In this document: positions 40,688 through 50,762 of the stretch, piece after piece
How the letters are laid out: every line of letters begins with the position of its first letter
Position numbering within the stretch: the stretch's first letter is position 1
NCBI GenBank assembly: GCA_034520965.1
Contig: JAXHMY010000001.1
Coordinates: 768,001-832,000, forward strand
DNA: 64,000 nt
Source of the DNA: Spirochaetia bacterium
GTDB lineage: Bacteria; Spirochaetota; Spirochaetia; DSM-16054; Sediminispirochaetaceae
Reading direction: 5' to 3'
The notes under the pieces: generated by a model
The model's database searches: none
The model's input: the letters and a program-made list of their open reading frames with translations, nothing else
What the model was told of the DNA's origin: nothing
Program-made: the position numbers and the translations under genes

Positions 40688-42511
40688 TTAGATGAGGTTC
40701 TCCATTATGTAATTACGCCTTTCGGGGGTGTTTTTGCCCATATAGAACGAGAGGGTTTCATGCAAATTTTTAAGCGACTTCATATCCACCTCGATTAAGC
40801 GAATGTCCTCACCGATAAACTGGCCAAACTCTTTCGGGGAAATCTCACCAAGGCCCTTAAAGCGGGTAACCTCCGGAGCCGAAAGCTCTTCCAGAGCCTT
40901 ATCCCGTTCTTTAGGATTATAGCAATAACGGGTTGTTTTTTTATTCCGTACCCGATACAGGGGTGTCTCCAGAATATACAGGCGGCCCGAGACCACCAGC
41001 TCTTCAAAATAATTCAAAAAGAAGGTCAGTAGGAGGTTACGAATATGAAACCCGTCGTGGTCGGCATCGGTGGCGATAATAATTTTTCCGTAGCGCAGAC
41101 CTTCGACATCGTTTTCAATGCCCAGGGCCATCATCAAATTAAACAGCTCTTCATTTTTATAAATAGCAGTTTTATTTTTTCCAAACACGTTCTGGGGCTT
41201 TCCTCGCAGTGAGAAAATGGCCTGGGTATACACATTACGGGCCGATACCATTGAACCGGAGGCGGATTGGCCCTCGGTAATAAAGATCATGGACTCGTCG
41301 CCGTGCTTATCGCCAAGATGGTACTTGCAATCCTTCAAATTGGGAATCTTGAGGGCTACCTTTTTGGCCGCATCCCGGGCCTCTTTCTTTACGGCGTTCA
41401 ACTCTTTACGCAGTTTTTCGTTACTCTCGATTTTCTGCTCCAGGCGCTTGGAGGCCTCTTTGTTTTTGTGCAGAAAGTCGACTACCGCCGATTTTACCTC
41501 GCCCACAATCCAGCTGCGGATTTCGCTGTTGCCCAGCTTGTTTTTGGTCTGACTCTCAAACACCGGGTTTTGAAGCTTTACCGCAATGGCCCCGGCAACC
41601 CCCTCCCGTACATCCACGCCGCTGTAGTTCTTCTTAAAAAACTCGTTGGTTCCCTTTAACAAACCCTCGCGGTAGGCGCTCAGATGAGTACCCCCGTCGC
41701 TGGTATACTGACCGTTCACGAAAGAGAAATAGGTCTCGCCGTAGGTATTGGTATGGGTAAAGGCAAACTCAAGATGGTCCCCCTTCAAATGCCCGATTTC
41801 ATAGAGAGTCTCATCTCCGATTTCTCCGTCCAGCAGGTCAAGCAGCCCGTTTTTCGACAGGAACTTCTTTTTATTAAACCAGAGGGTCAGCCCTGCATTT
41901 AGACAGGCGTAATTCCACATCCGCTGCTCGATAAATTCGAAGTTGTAGCTGAACTCGTCAAAAATCTCCGGGTCGGGAACAAACTCTACGTAGGTGCCGT
42001 TCTTTTCGTCCTTTTTGTTGCCCTTGCGTTCGCTGAGGAACTTTCCCTTTGAAAAGACCGCCTCATAATACTTGCCCTCCCGGAAGGAGACGACCCTGAA
42101 ATGATTGGAGAGGGCGTTGACCGCCTTGGTCCCTACCCCGTTGAGGCCGACGGAGAATTGAAAGACCTCGTCGTTGTATTTTGCACCGGTATTGATTACC
42201 GAAACGCATTCCACCACTTTTCCGAGGGGAATTCCGCGTCCAAAGTCTCGAATTTTCACCCGGTCCCCATCAACTTGAACGATGATGCGCGAGCCGTGGC
42301 CCATGATATACTCATCGATGCTGTTATCGATCACCTCTTTCAGCAGAATGTAGATACCGTCATCTACATTCGAACCATCTCCCAGACGGCCGATATACAT
42401 ACCGGTCCGCAGGCGAATATGCTCGAGGCTGCTGAGGGTTTTGATCGTACTTTCATCGTACTCTTTGTTCTTTTTAGAACTTTTCTGTGTTGCTTGTGTA
42501 AATTTTGCCAT
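40688..42511 (-). CDS. parE: DNA topoisomerase IV subunit B
   Basis: EVIDNSIDE, DFGRGIP, GLNGVG, TEGQSA, LRGK, TDADHDG, RFKGLGE. Confidence 0.9.
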   Translation of the reverse strand: MAKFTQATQKSSKKNKEYDESTIKTLSSLEHIRLRTGMYIGRLGDGSNVDDGIYILLKEVIDNSIDEYIMGHGSRIIVQVDGDRVKIRDFGRGIPLGKVVECVSVINTGAKYNDEVFQFSVGLNGVGTKAVNALSNHFRVVSFREGKYYEAVFSKGKFLSERKGNKKDEKNGTYVEFVPDPEIFDEFSYNFEFIEQRMWNYACLNAGLTLWFNKKKFLSKNGLLDLLDGEIGDETLYEIGHLKGDHLEFAFTHTNTYGETYFSFVNGQYTSDGGTHLSAYREGLLKGTNEFFKKNYSGVDVREGVAGAIAVKLQNPVFESQTKNKLGNSEIRSWIVGEVKSAVVDFLHKNKEASKRLEQKIESNEKLRKELNAVKKEARDAAKKVALKIPNLKDCKYHLGDKHGDESMIFITEGQSASGSMVSARNVYTQAIFSLRGKPQNVFGKNKTAIYKNEELFNLMMALGIENDVEGLRYGKIIIATDADHDGFHIRNLLLTFFLNYFEELVVSGRLYILETPLYRVRNKKTTRYCYNPKERDKALEELSAPEVTRFKGLGEISPKEFGQFIGEDIRLIEVDMKSLKNLHETLSFYMGKNTPERRNYIMENLI

Positions 42512-42624
42512 GATACTTCAACCGCGGAGTGTAGCACATTTACAGAAGGTTGTCAGCTGTCTGCAGCCAAACCAACAATTGATACTTATTATTGACAATA
42601 GAAACATATGAGGGTTAATTTATA

Positions 42625-42700
42625 GTGAGTCCTGGGATGGCGAAAGCAGGCCACGAACCTTGTGTGATAGCAATATCACCTAGCGTCCGATAGGACTCAT
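42625..42700 (+). ncRNA. Candidate structured small RNA (unassigned family)
   Basis: Closing stem TGAGTCCT/AGGACTCA, inner GGATG/CGTCC stem, and three hairpins (GC-GAAA-GC, AGG-CCACGAA-CCT, GTGATA-GCAA-TATCAC). TTGACA at 42592-42597 upstream; no + strand CDS follows. Confidence 0.5.
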
Positions 42701-42702
42701 GT

Positions 42703-44057
42703 TTATAAAACCGCTTTCCCTTTCTCTGTTAATCGATATCTCTGTTTGCTGCTTGTTGGTTTCTCAGGTATGGTCATTTCTATTACCTTCGCTTCCAATG
42801 CTGGTTGAAGATAGTTTAACCTGAAATACTCTCTATCAGATAGCTTCAGTTTTTCCTGTAATTCCTGTCGGTTTAATTCACCCTCAACTACCTCTAAAAG
42901 CTTTTTAACTTGCGGGGTAACTTGCGGGGTAACTTGCGGGGTAACTTGCGGGGTAACTTGCGGGGTAGCCTTTTCAATGGCGGGAAAAGCCATCCGTAAA
43001 AAGTTCTCAGAGAATTGGAAACATTCTTTTGCCATAATGTTCCAAAATACGCGGTATACCCGACCCCAACTGTTCTACCATCTCTAAATCTTTATATATT
43101 CTCATTAACTCCTTGTTTCGGGGAATGGAAAAGCCTTCGAAAAACTCTTCCCTGCTCAACCCTTCGGGCAATGACCCTGCTGATGTAATCTCAATCCGGT
43201 CGCTGAAAATCTCAAACTTGGGTGGAATCTCCCGGGTGTAGTCGTTGTGGACAAAAGCGTTAATAATGGCTTCCCGCAGGGCAATGGCACTCCACAAACG
43301 TTGTTCTTTCCGTCTCTTTAGAGGTTATTGTGGCAGCCGTACGATTTTCCAGGTCAATTTTGTTCAATACGCTTTTGGTAGATTTGATGAGCGAACAATA
43401 GCCGTATTCGTTGTTTTCGATAAGGTTAACCCGATTTTTTCCACTGTACTTGGCGACTTTTATGGAAAGGTTGTTTTCATCCGCCAGCAGGTAGGCAGCA
43501 TAGTTGAGCGCCCCTTCTTCTGTGGTTAGTTCCAGATTCTTTTTAAACTGCTTATTGAGCGGTTTTTTCTTTTCCTCGTAGTAAATACGCAGTTGCTCAA
43601 AACTCAAATCTTGCCGGTGGGCTTTGATTTTACCAATAGAATTACGGGTACGGGTGGCAAACAGTTTATCGATCATGGTCTGGGGCATTGGTTCTGCCGC
43701 CGTACCCAAACGGATAAAACAGCCCTTTTCGGTCATGCCATATTTCTTTTTGAAATAGGGCTTCTCACTGCCGCTGGCTACAATGATCTTGAGGACATTC
43801 CTGCCTTCCTGCTCTTCTACTACCACATCAAACAGGCCTAGAGCAGAAGGAGCGATATTGTTTTTAATACGATCTTTGATCTTGAGCATATCCCCATCAG
43901 GATCTTTCACGCCAACTACTTTGCCTTTTGTGTCAACTCCAATATAGATCAACCCGCCTTCCCGATAATTCAAGAAAGCCACAACTTCCTTTTCCAGGTC
44001 CAGATCTTTGGTGAAGGATAATTTGTATTCTATGCGGTTTGTTTCAGACATAATCAT
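42703..44057 (-). CDS. AlbA_2/Schlafen-like + HATPase_c_4 + winged-HTH protein; two frameshifts (~43310, ~43025)
   Basis: SETNRIEYK...VAFLN..GGLIYIGV; ALREAIINAFVHNDY...SDRIEITSAG...PRN...VEQLGSGI; C-terminal YLQPALEA...PTSSKQRY. Confidence 0.85.
42906..42965. repeat. 12-bp tandem repeat x5 (TAACTTGCGGGG; encodes PQVT)
   Basis: Five exact units read directly. Confidence 0.95.
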
Positions 44058-44457
44058 ACCCTAATAATCCGAATACTCATGCCAAACCGGCGGTCGCCGA
44101 GTCCTTCTCCTGACCGTTCAGCATAACCTTGGTAGGCGATTGTTCGGCCACCTTCAGCAGCAACGAAGTTCATCACAACTGGCCCAGAGGCTCGAGTAGA
44201 GTTCAGATTGTTATTACATTATGCTACTGAGAAAAATAGTAAACCCTTTGATACGCCGGGTCAACATAGAGTTTTTGGCTAGTGTATGCAGGTGCAAAGT
44301 CGATCAGATTTGGTGATAGTTGTGTACCTGAGACTTCCAATTTACGGGAACTCAAAGGCAACTTATGGTTAAGCTATTTCGCATTCGATTTTTCGCAGAT
44401 TTTCTGTAATTCTGTTTTTCTGTTGTAGATTTTACGAAATTGTAGTATATTATTGCT

Positions 44458-44692
44458 ATGAGGGTAACGCTTACGGTAACAGATAGAGGAACTGTCACGC
44501 TTCCGGCAAAACTCCGGAAGGAAATGGGCATTGATGCTGACTCCTTGCTCATCGCAGAAACTACCGAGGAAGGAATCTTAATTAGACCTGCGGTGGCCCT
44601 TCCGGTAGAGGTGTATTCTCGAGGATTGGCTGCAAAAATTCGCCGCAGCGGAACAGGACCTGACAGAATGGTACGACAGCGAGTCCCGGTGA
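44458..44692 (+). CDS. AbrB/MazE-family antitoxin, frameshifted near 44620
   Basis: VTDRGTVTLPAKLRKEMGI...EGILIRP. Shifted frame gives an acidic tail EDWLQKFAAAEQDLTEWYDSESR* ending 3 bp before the PIN gene. Confidence 0.8.
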
Positions 44693-44695
44693 GTA

Positions 44696-45112
44696 ATGCG
44701 GATATTCCTAGATGCCAATATTTTATTTTCAGCTGCTTACTCCGACGCTGCCCTTCGGCGCCTGATCAATGATCTCGAGGCGGCATCTTGTTCACTCGTT
44801 GCTGATCGCTACGTTTTTGAAGAAGCGCTCCGAAATCTTACGATACAACGAGCCGAGGCCGTCCCCCGGCTTCATGTACTCGTGAGCGTGCTGACCATCG
44901 TTTCCACCCATATTTCCTCAAGTGCGATTCCTCCCGATGTTCATCTTCCTGATAAAGATATTCCTGTGCTCGCAAGTGCAATTGAGGCAGGCTGCGACAT
45001 TCTGATGACCGGAGACTCTCGCCATTTCGGTCCGCTTTTCGGAAGGTCCATCGAAGGGCTTTCCATCCGCTCGCCGGTTGAAACGGCTAAGCATATACTG
45101 GGCTGTCATTGA
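44696..45112 (+). CDS. PIN-domain (VapC-like) toxin
   Basis: MRIFLDANILFSA, EEALRN, DKDIPVLASA, LMTGDSRHF. Confidence 0.9.
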   Translation: MRIFLDANILFSAAYSDAALRRLINDLEAASCSLVADRYVFEEALRNLTIQRAEAVPRLHVLVSVLTIVSTHISSSAIPPDVHLPDKDIPVLASAIEAGCDILMTGDSRHFGPLFGRSIEGLSIRSPVETAKHILGCH

Positions 45113-45163
45113 CGTGTACCACACAGCCAAGTAGGATAAAGCTTTAACTTCCAGGAGGCCGCA

Positions 45164-46081
45164 ATGTTCAAAATGCATTATGTAAAGCTGTTCTTTGTTC
45201 CAATTCTCTGGGGCGGGGCCCTGGTGGCCGGCAGGGTGGTTGCACCAAACCTGCCGCCCTTCACCACCGCTTTTCTGCGCTTTTTGGCGGTCAGCCTGTT
45301 TTTACTGCCCTTTCTGTATGCCCGGGAGGGGATTTCCCAGACCTTCACGCAAGTCGGCTCTGCTGCTGGTGCTTTTGAGTTTTACCGGGGTAATGATGTT
45401 TAACTTTTTTCTCTTTTCCGGTCTGCGGACGGTAACCGCCGTTCGCAGCGCAGTTTTTATTGCCTTTACCCCGGCGGTGGTTGCCCTGGCTTCGGCCCTG
45501 TTTTTCCGGAGAGAATTAACCTGCTGATGGGCCTTGGAATCGTGAGCGCATTTATTGGGGCGGTGATTACCATTACCAACGGAGACATACAGGTGCTGCT
45601 CTCCAGAGCTGTTTCCACGGGCGATCTGTTCCTGCTGGGCTGTGTGGCAATGTGGACCATCTATTCGATTACCGCCAAATTTGTCATGAACGAGATTGCC
45701 CCCTTTACCCTGCTTACCTACGGTTCGCTGATAGGGTCGCTGCTGATGATTCCCTTTGTGCTGTACGAAGGGGCGATATTCAACCTGAATAGCCAGCCCA
45801 TCGAAACCTGGATAGGCCTGCTGTATTTGAGTATTGGTGCGGCCGGAATTGCCTATCTGTGGTACTACGAGGGGATAAAGGCGGTAGGTGCTCCGCGGGC
45901 GGCTATTTTCTTGAACCTGGAACCGGTGGCTGCTATGGGTTTGGGAATTGTCATCTTAAACGAACAGGTAACTCTGCCGGTGCTCCTCGGTGCTCTGCTG
46001 GTTATTTTCGGACTGCTGCTTACCAACTACCCGGTGAAAAAACCGAAAAACGTGAGCCCCCAGCCGGATATATCTGTGTAA
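45164..46081 (+). CDS. DMT/EamA-family transporter; two frameshifts (~45330, ~45520)
   Basis: LWGG...PPFTTAFLRF, GDLFLL, AYLWYYEG, FLNLEPV spread over three consecutive ORFs. Confidence 0.85.
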
Positions 46082-46160
46082 GCTGTTTCCATGGACAATC
46101 ACTGGCCGGGCTGGTAGAATGTGATATATCACTATATTTTGAGTTGAAGAGGAGGATGGT

Positions 46161-47258
46161 ATGTCTTTAGAGTTAAAACCGCGCGAATCCTGCGCATACG
46201 ATTGTATTTCCTTGGGTGAGATTATGCTGCGCCTGGACCCCGGCGAGGGAAGGGTCAAGAACACCCGGCACTTCAATGTGTGGGAGGGCGGAGGCGAATA
46301 TAACGTTACCCGCGCCCTGAGGCGCTGCTTCAATTTACGTACGGCAACGGTTACATCCTTTGCGGATAACGAGATTGGCCGCCTGGCCGAAGATTTTATT
46401 CTGCAGGGCGGGGTGGATACCCGCTTTATCAAATGGGTCCCCTACGACGGGGTGGGCCGGAGGGTACGCAACGGCCTCAATTTTACCGAACGGGGCTTCG
46501 GTCTGCGGGCTGCCCTGGGGGTATCGGACCGCGGTAATTCCGCGGCGAGCCAGTTAAAACGCGGGGATATCGACTGGGAAGAAATTTTCGGAACCCACGG
46601 CGTCCGCTGGCTGCATACCGGCGGCATTTTTGCGGCCCTCTCCGAGACCACCCCCGGGGTAATCGAAGATGCGGTAAAGACGGCAAAAAAACATGGCACC
46701 ATTGTCAGTTACGACCTCAACTACCGCTCATCCCTCTGGAAGAGTATCGGCGGCAAGGAGAAGGCCATCGAGGTAAACCGCCGGCTGGCCCCCTATATCG
46801 ATGTAATGATCGGCAACGAAGAAGACTTTACCGCGGCCCTCGGCTTTGAGGTAGAGGGAATGGATGAGAACATCAGCAGCATCCAGATTGACGGCTATAA
46901 GAATATGATCGCCTACGCCACCGAGCAGTTTCCCAATTTTAAGGTAATTGCTACCACCCTGCGAACGGTAAAGACCGCCACGGTCAACGACTGGGGCGCT
47001 ATTTGCTGGCACGACGGCCAGTTTTACGAGGCCGCCCATCGCGAGAATTTGGAAATTCTGGACCGGGTAGGCGGGGGTGACAGCTTTGCCTCGGGCCTGA
47101 TCTATGGATTCTTGACCTTTAACGATGCCCCCCGGGCGGTGGAATACGGGGCGGCCCACGGGGCCCTGGCAATGACCACCCCCGGCGATACCAGTATGGC
47201 CTCCCTTAAGGAGGTGGAACATCTGGTACAGGGCGGCAGCGCACGGGTAAAAAGGTAA
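46161..47258 (+). CDS. kdgK: PfkB-family sugar-acid kinase (2-keto-3-deoxygluconate kinase-like)
   Basis: LGEIMLRL, GGGEYNV, YDLNYR, GNEED, DRVGGGDSFASG; adjacent to the hexuronate genes. Confidence 0.8.
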   Translation: MSLELKPRESCAYDCISLGEIMLRLDPGEGRVKNTRHFNVWEGGGEYNVTRALRRCFNLRTATVTSFADNEIGRLAEDFILQGGVDTRFIKWVPYDGVGRRVRNGLNFTERGFGLRAALGVSDRGNSAASQLKRGDIDWEEIFGTHGVRWLHTGGIFAALSETTPGVIEDAVKTAKKHGTIVSYDLNYRSSLWKSIGGKEKAIEVNRRLAPYIDVMIGNEEDFTAALGFEVEGMDENISSIQIDGYKNMIAYATEQFPNFKVIATTLRTVKTATVNDWGAICWHDGQFYEAAHRENLEILDRVGGGDSFASGLIYGFLTFNDAPRAVEYGAAHGALAMTTPGDTSMASLKEVEHLVQGGSARVKR

Positions 47259-47279
47259 CAACCAAAAAAGGATGCAGGA

Positions 47280-47816
47280 ATGGCACAGATTGACCGCCTA
47301 GCCCTTGAAGGGCTCCACGACATGTATCTCTCATCCCACCCCCTGGAGGAGGTCCAAGACAGCGGCGATGTCCGCAGCCGGGTGGAGGCGTTTATTGGGG
47401 ATATTAAGGCCAGGGGGGTTGGGACAGTGGTGGTGCTGCTGCCCTCCCACGAGATTGACGACCTGTACGGAGATGTCGACCTGGTGGACGAATACCGGAA
47501 GCATGGCCTTGGGGTGGTGCACTTTCCTCTAGAGAACTTCACCGTCCCCGACAAGATAGAGCTGTTCGATGAGCTTATTGCGCGGCTGGTCGGCATTTTA
47601 GGGGAGCAGCCCATTCTGGTGCACTGCATGGCAGGCTGCGGGCGGACCGGGCTGATAGCCGCGGGAGTCCTGGTGCGGCACGGCAGTTCTGCGACCGAGG
47701 CAATCGAAGTGGTACGGAATATTCGTCACGGCAGTATGGATATGCTCCGGCAGGTTCTGTTTTTACGCAGTTACCGGCGCTATATAGACGGGCGGAAGCA
47801 GGACGGGCAGGGATAG
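47280..47816 (+). CDS. Dual-specificity/protein-tyrosine phosphatase family protein
   Basis: VHCMAGCGRTG CX5R active-site loop. Confidence 0.9.
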   Translation: MAQIDRLALEGLHDMYLSSHPLEEVQDSGDVRSRVEAFIGDIKARGVGTVVVLLPSHEIDDLYGDVDLVDEYRKHGLGVVHFPLENFTVPDKIELFDELIARLVGILGEQPILVHCMAGCGRTGLIAAGVLVRHGSSATEAIEVVRNIRHGSMDMLRQVLFLRSYRRYIDGRKQDGQG

Positions 47817-47864
47817 GGAGACAGACAAAACCGGGGCGGTGGAGCGACTCTTGGTATAAGCATA

Positions 47865-47901
47865 AAAGCTGCACCCAGTGCTTTTCACGGGGTGCAGCTT
47901 T
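47865..47901. terminator. Probable bidirectional terminator
   Basis: AAAGCTGCACCC...GGGTGCAGCTTT stem between convergent genes. Confidence 0.7.
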
Positions 47902-47926
47902 GTTATATGGGGCAGCACAGGCGCCT

Positions 47927-49399
47927 TTAGGCGTTGTACGTTCCTGATGCAACATCATCCATACCCGTTCCCGTCCAGTTGGTATGAAAGAATTCACCCC
48001 TAGGGGTGTCGACCCGTTCGTAGGTATGTGCACCAAAGTAATCGCGCTGGGCCTGCAGCAGGTTGGCCGGCAGGCGGCTGCTCCGATAGCCGTCGTAAAA
48101 GTTGAGGGCCGTGGTCATAGCCGGCACTGGAATTCCCAGCTCGATAGCCTTGGAGGCAACCCGGCGCCAGGAGGCCTGGGCATCTTCGATAAGCTTCCGG
48201 AAGTAGTCGTCCAGCAGCAGATTCGACAGGTCGGGGCTGCGCTGGAAGGCCTCTTTAATATTGCCCAAAAAGACACTGCGGATAATACAGCCTTCACGCC
48301 ACATCATGGCTATTTCCCCGTAATTGAGGTTCCAATTGTACTCGCCGGCGGCCTGGCGCATCAGCATAAAGCCCTGGGCGTAGGAGATTATCTTGGAGGC
48401 CAGCAGGGCCTTGCGGATGTCGTCGATGAAGGCCTTGCGATCACCGCTGAAGGTGGTCTCCGGGCCCTTGAGGATTTTGGAGGCCTCTACCCGCTCCTCT
48501 TTGAGGGCCGAGAGGTAGCGGGAGTAGACCGCCTCGCCGATGAGGGTAACCGGGATACCGCTCTCCAGGGAGTTGACGGCGGTCCATTTGCCCGTGCCCT
48601 TTTGGCCGGCGGTGTCGAGGATTTTTTCGACCAGGGGCCCGCCGTCTTTGTCCTTAAAGGCCAGAATGTTGGAGGTAATTTCGATCAGGTAGCTGTCCAG
48701 CTCGCCGGTGTTCCAGTCGGCAAAGACCTTGCTCATTTCGTTGGGGCTGAGGCCCAGGCCGTTTTTCATTAGGTCGTAGGCCTCGCAAATAAGCTGGATG
48801 TCGCCGTACTCGATGCCGTTATGCACCATTTTCACGTAGTGTCCGGCGCCGTCGGAGCCCACCCAGTCGCAGCAGGGCTCGCCTTCGGAGGTTTTGGCGG
48901 CGATGGCCTGGAAGATTTCCTTAACCAGGGGCCAGGCTTTGGGGTCGCCCCCGGGCATCATGGAAGGTCCGTGGCGGGCCCCTTCTTCGCCGCCGGAGAC
49001 TCCGGTACCGATGTACAGCAGTCCCTTGTCCTTCAGATACTTGGTGCGGCGGATGGTATCGGGAAAGTGGCTGTTGCCGCCGTCGATAATCAGGTCGCCC
49101 TGCTCCAGGTGGGGCAGGAGCATTTCGATAAACTTGTCGACTACCTCGCCGGCTTTTACCAGCAGGATTACCTTGCGGGGCCGCTCTAGTGAGTCGATAA
49201 ACTCCTCGACGCTGTGGGTGCCGATGATTGTATCCCGGCCCTTGGCGGCGTTCTCTTTGAAGGAGTCTACTTTAGAGACGGTCCGGTTAAAGACGGACAC
49301 CGTATACCCCTTATCGTTCATATTCAGCACCAGGTTCTGGCCCATTACGGCCAGCCCAATTAGCCCTATGTCGGCTTTTTTATTCGCTGTTTTACTCAT
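47927..49399 (-). CDS. gnd: 6-phosphogluconate dehydrogenase, decarboxylating
   Basis: [44 protein letters not shown]. Confidence 0.97.
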   Translation of the reverse strand: MSKTANKKADIGLIGLAVMGQNLVLNMNDKGYTVSVFNRTVSKVDSFKENAAKGRDTIIGTHSVEEFIDSLERPRKVILLVKAGEVVDKFIEMLLPHLEQGDLIIDGGNSHFPDTIRRTKYLKDKGLLYIGTGVSGGEEGARHGPSMMPGGDPKAWPLVKEIFQAIAAKTSEGEPCCDWVGSDGAGHYVKMVHNGIEYGDIQLICEAYDLMKNGLGLSPNEMSKVFADWNTGELDSYLIEITSNILAFKDKDGGPLVEKILDTAGQKGTGKWTAVNSLESGIPVTLIGEAVYSRYLSALKEERVEASKILKGPETTFSGDRKAFIDDIRKALLASKIISYAQGFMLMRQAAGEYNWNLNYGEIAMMWREGCIIRSVFLGNIKEAFQRSPDLSNLLLDDYFRKLIEDAQASWRRVASKAIELGIPVPAMTTALNFYDGYRSSRLPANLLQAQRDYFGAHTYERVDTPRGEFFHTNWTGTGMDDVASGTYNA

Positions 49400-49481
49400 T
49401 TATTTTATCCTCCAATATTTTTTTGGCTATTTTTTTAACTCTGTTTTTGGCTCTGTTTTTGGCACAGCCGGCTGCGCCGGT

Positions 49482-50750
49482 TTAATCCAGTTCGCGGGCG
49501 GTCCACAGGCCCAGGGCGGGGTTGCGGATAAAGTAGATCTCCTCGCCGTCGGGCAGGCGGTTATAGCCGTCCTTGAGTGTGTCCGGCTTGTAGCGCTCCA
49601 TGGCCTCCTCCGGATCGCGGTATCCAAAGTGGACCGACTCTATCTCCTCGCGGCTCAGATGGCCGGGGCAATAGGTTATTGTGAAGCGCCCCTCGGAGCT
49701 GCCGTGCACCAGGTGGGCCATCGCTCCAAGGTTATCCTGCAGCTCGGGGTTCTCTTCCACCAACTGCAGTACCTTCGGAGTGCCGCAGTAGCCGTAGCGG
49801 CGGATCAGCTTGTCGATTTGGGGATCTTCGCCAAATTCCTTGACCCCCGGGGCCAGCACAATCAGTTCTCCCCCGTCTTCGATGGCCATGCGCGAGCGGT
49901 ATACGGATTTGTTTCCGATCCAGGTGCTGCGGTACTCGCTGGGGTCCATGTAGGCGACTACCCGCTTAAGGGGTTTTTCCACCTGCACAATATTGACCTG
50001 CTGGGCTAAAGCCGCCGCCTTCTCGTAGCACTCCCGGTCGTCGCCGATGAAAAGCCCCTTGGTAGCCAGGGTTCCGTCGGCTTCGACGGCAACCACCGTA
50101 AGGACGTACACTACAGGAAGGTCCCCGGCAAAATGATCGTCGGCGTAGTTCATTAGTTCACGTACGGGGGTGTTGATTCGTCCCATAATCCGCTCTGTAC
50201 CGTAGACTGCCCCCAGGTAGTGGCTTTTGTTGATGCCCTCCACTCCGCCGGTGCCGACAAACAGGTTTTTGTTGTAATTGGCCATTCCAATTACTTCGTG
50301 GGGAACCACCTGTCCCACCGAGAGGATCAGGTCGTAACTGCCGGTAACCAGCCGTTCGTTGACCTGGGCGGGCCATTCGAAGTTGAGTTTACCCTCGGAG
50401 AGCTTGTTGATTACCTCCGACGGCACAGTTCCCAGGGTGGCCAGTCCGCCCCGCCAATCGTGCTCGCGAAAGAGCTCCTGCGGTGTTTCACCGTACATCC
50501 GGCTGATTTCTTCACTTGTCATTGGGGTATGGGTGCCGACCGCCGGCAGTACGTCGGTTAGTCTGTCCCCGTAATAACGCCATGCCTGCTCTGTAAGGTA
50601 TCCGGCACGGGAGTGAAAGCGGGTTACATCGGGAGGAACCGCGATTACCCTGTCCCGCTCTCCGAGGGCGTTCAGAGCGGTAAAAAGCCCCTCACGCAGC
50701 TGTTCATCCGTTAATCTTACATCTTTTCCGCCATGTGCATAATACAGCAT
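49482..50750 (-). CDS. LarA-family (nickel-pincer) 2-hydroxyacid racemase/epimerase homolog
   Basis: PPDVTR, GTH, VPHEVIGMANYNK, KSH, GNK correspond to the LarA D-x-T-R, G-x-H, P-H...K and H motifs. Confidence 0.85.
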   Translation of the reverse strand: MLYYAHGGKDVRLTDEQLREGLFTALNALGERDRVIAVPPDVTRFHSRAGYLTEQAWRYYGDRLTDVLPAVGTHTPMTSEEISRMYGETPQELFREHDWRGGLATLGTVPSEVINKLSEGKLNFEWPAQVNERLVTGSYDLILSVGQVVPHEVIGMANYNKNLFVGTGGVEGINKSHYLGAVYGTERIMGRINTPVRELMNYADDHFAGDLPVVYVLTVVAVEADGTLATKGLFIGDDRECYEKAAALAQQVNIVQVEKPLKRVVAYMDPSEYRSTWIGNKSVYRSRMAIEDGGELIVLAPGVKEFGEDPQIDKLIRRYGYCGTPKVLQLVEENPELQDNLGAMAHLVHGSSEGRFTITYCPGHLSREEIESVHFGYRDPEEAMERYKPDTLKDGYNRLPDGEEIYFIRNPALGLWTARELD

Positions 50751-50762
50751 GTTACCTCCAGT

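Noticed and set aside
42627..42699. tRNA, HDV-like or pistol ribozyme interpretation of the structured element
   Set aside because: The 7-bp terminal stem and length resemble tRNA but there is no properly placed T-arm or CCA. Helix order does not fit HDV (no P1 3' strand or P1.1), and the pistol linker and cleavage-site features are missing.
42906..42965. 12-bp repeat as iterons or mini-CRISPR
   Set aside because: It lies in frame within a CDS linker (PQVT), has no spacers and no replication initiator nearby.
44054..44173. ~39-aa minus-strand ORF overlapping the AlbA gene start
   Set aside because: No RBS or recognisable motif; may be a remnant but cannot be supported.
44332..44343. GACTTCCAATTT as a fifth repeat copy
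   Set aside because: Only one half-site of about 10 nt, with no partner arm or shared flanks.
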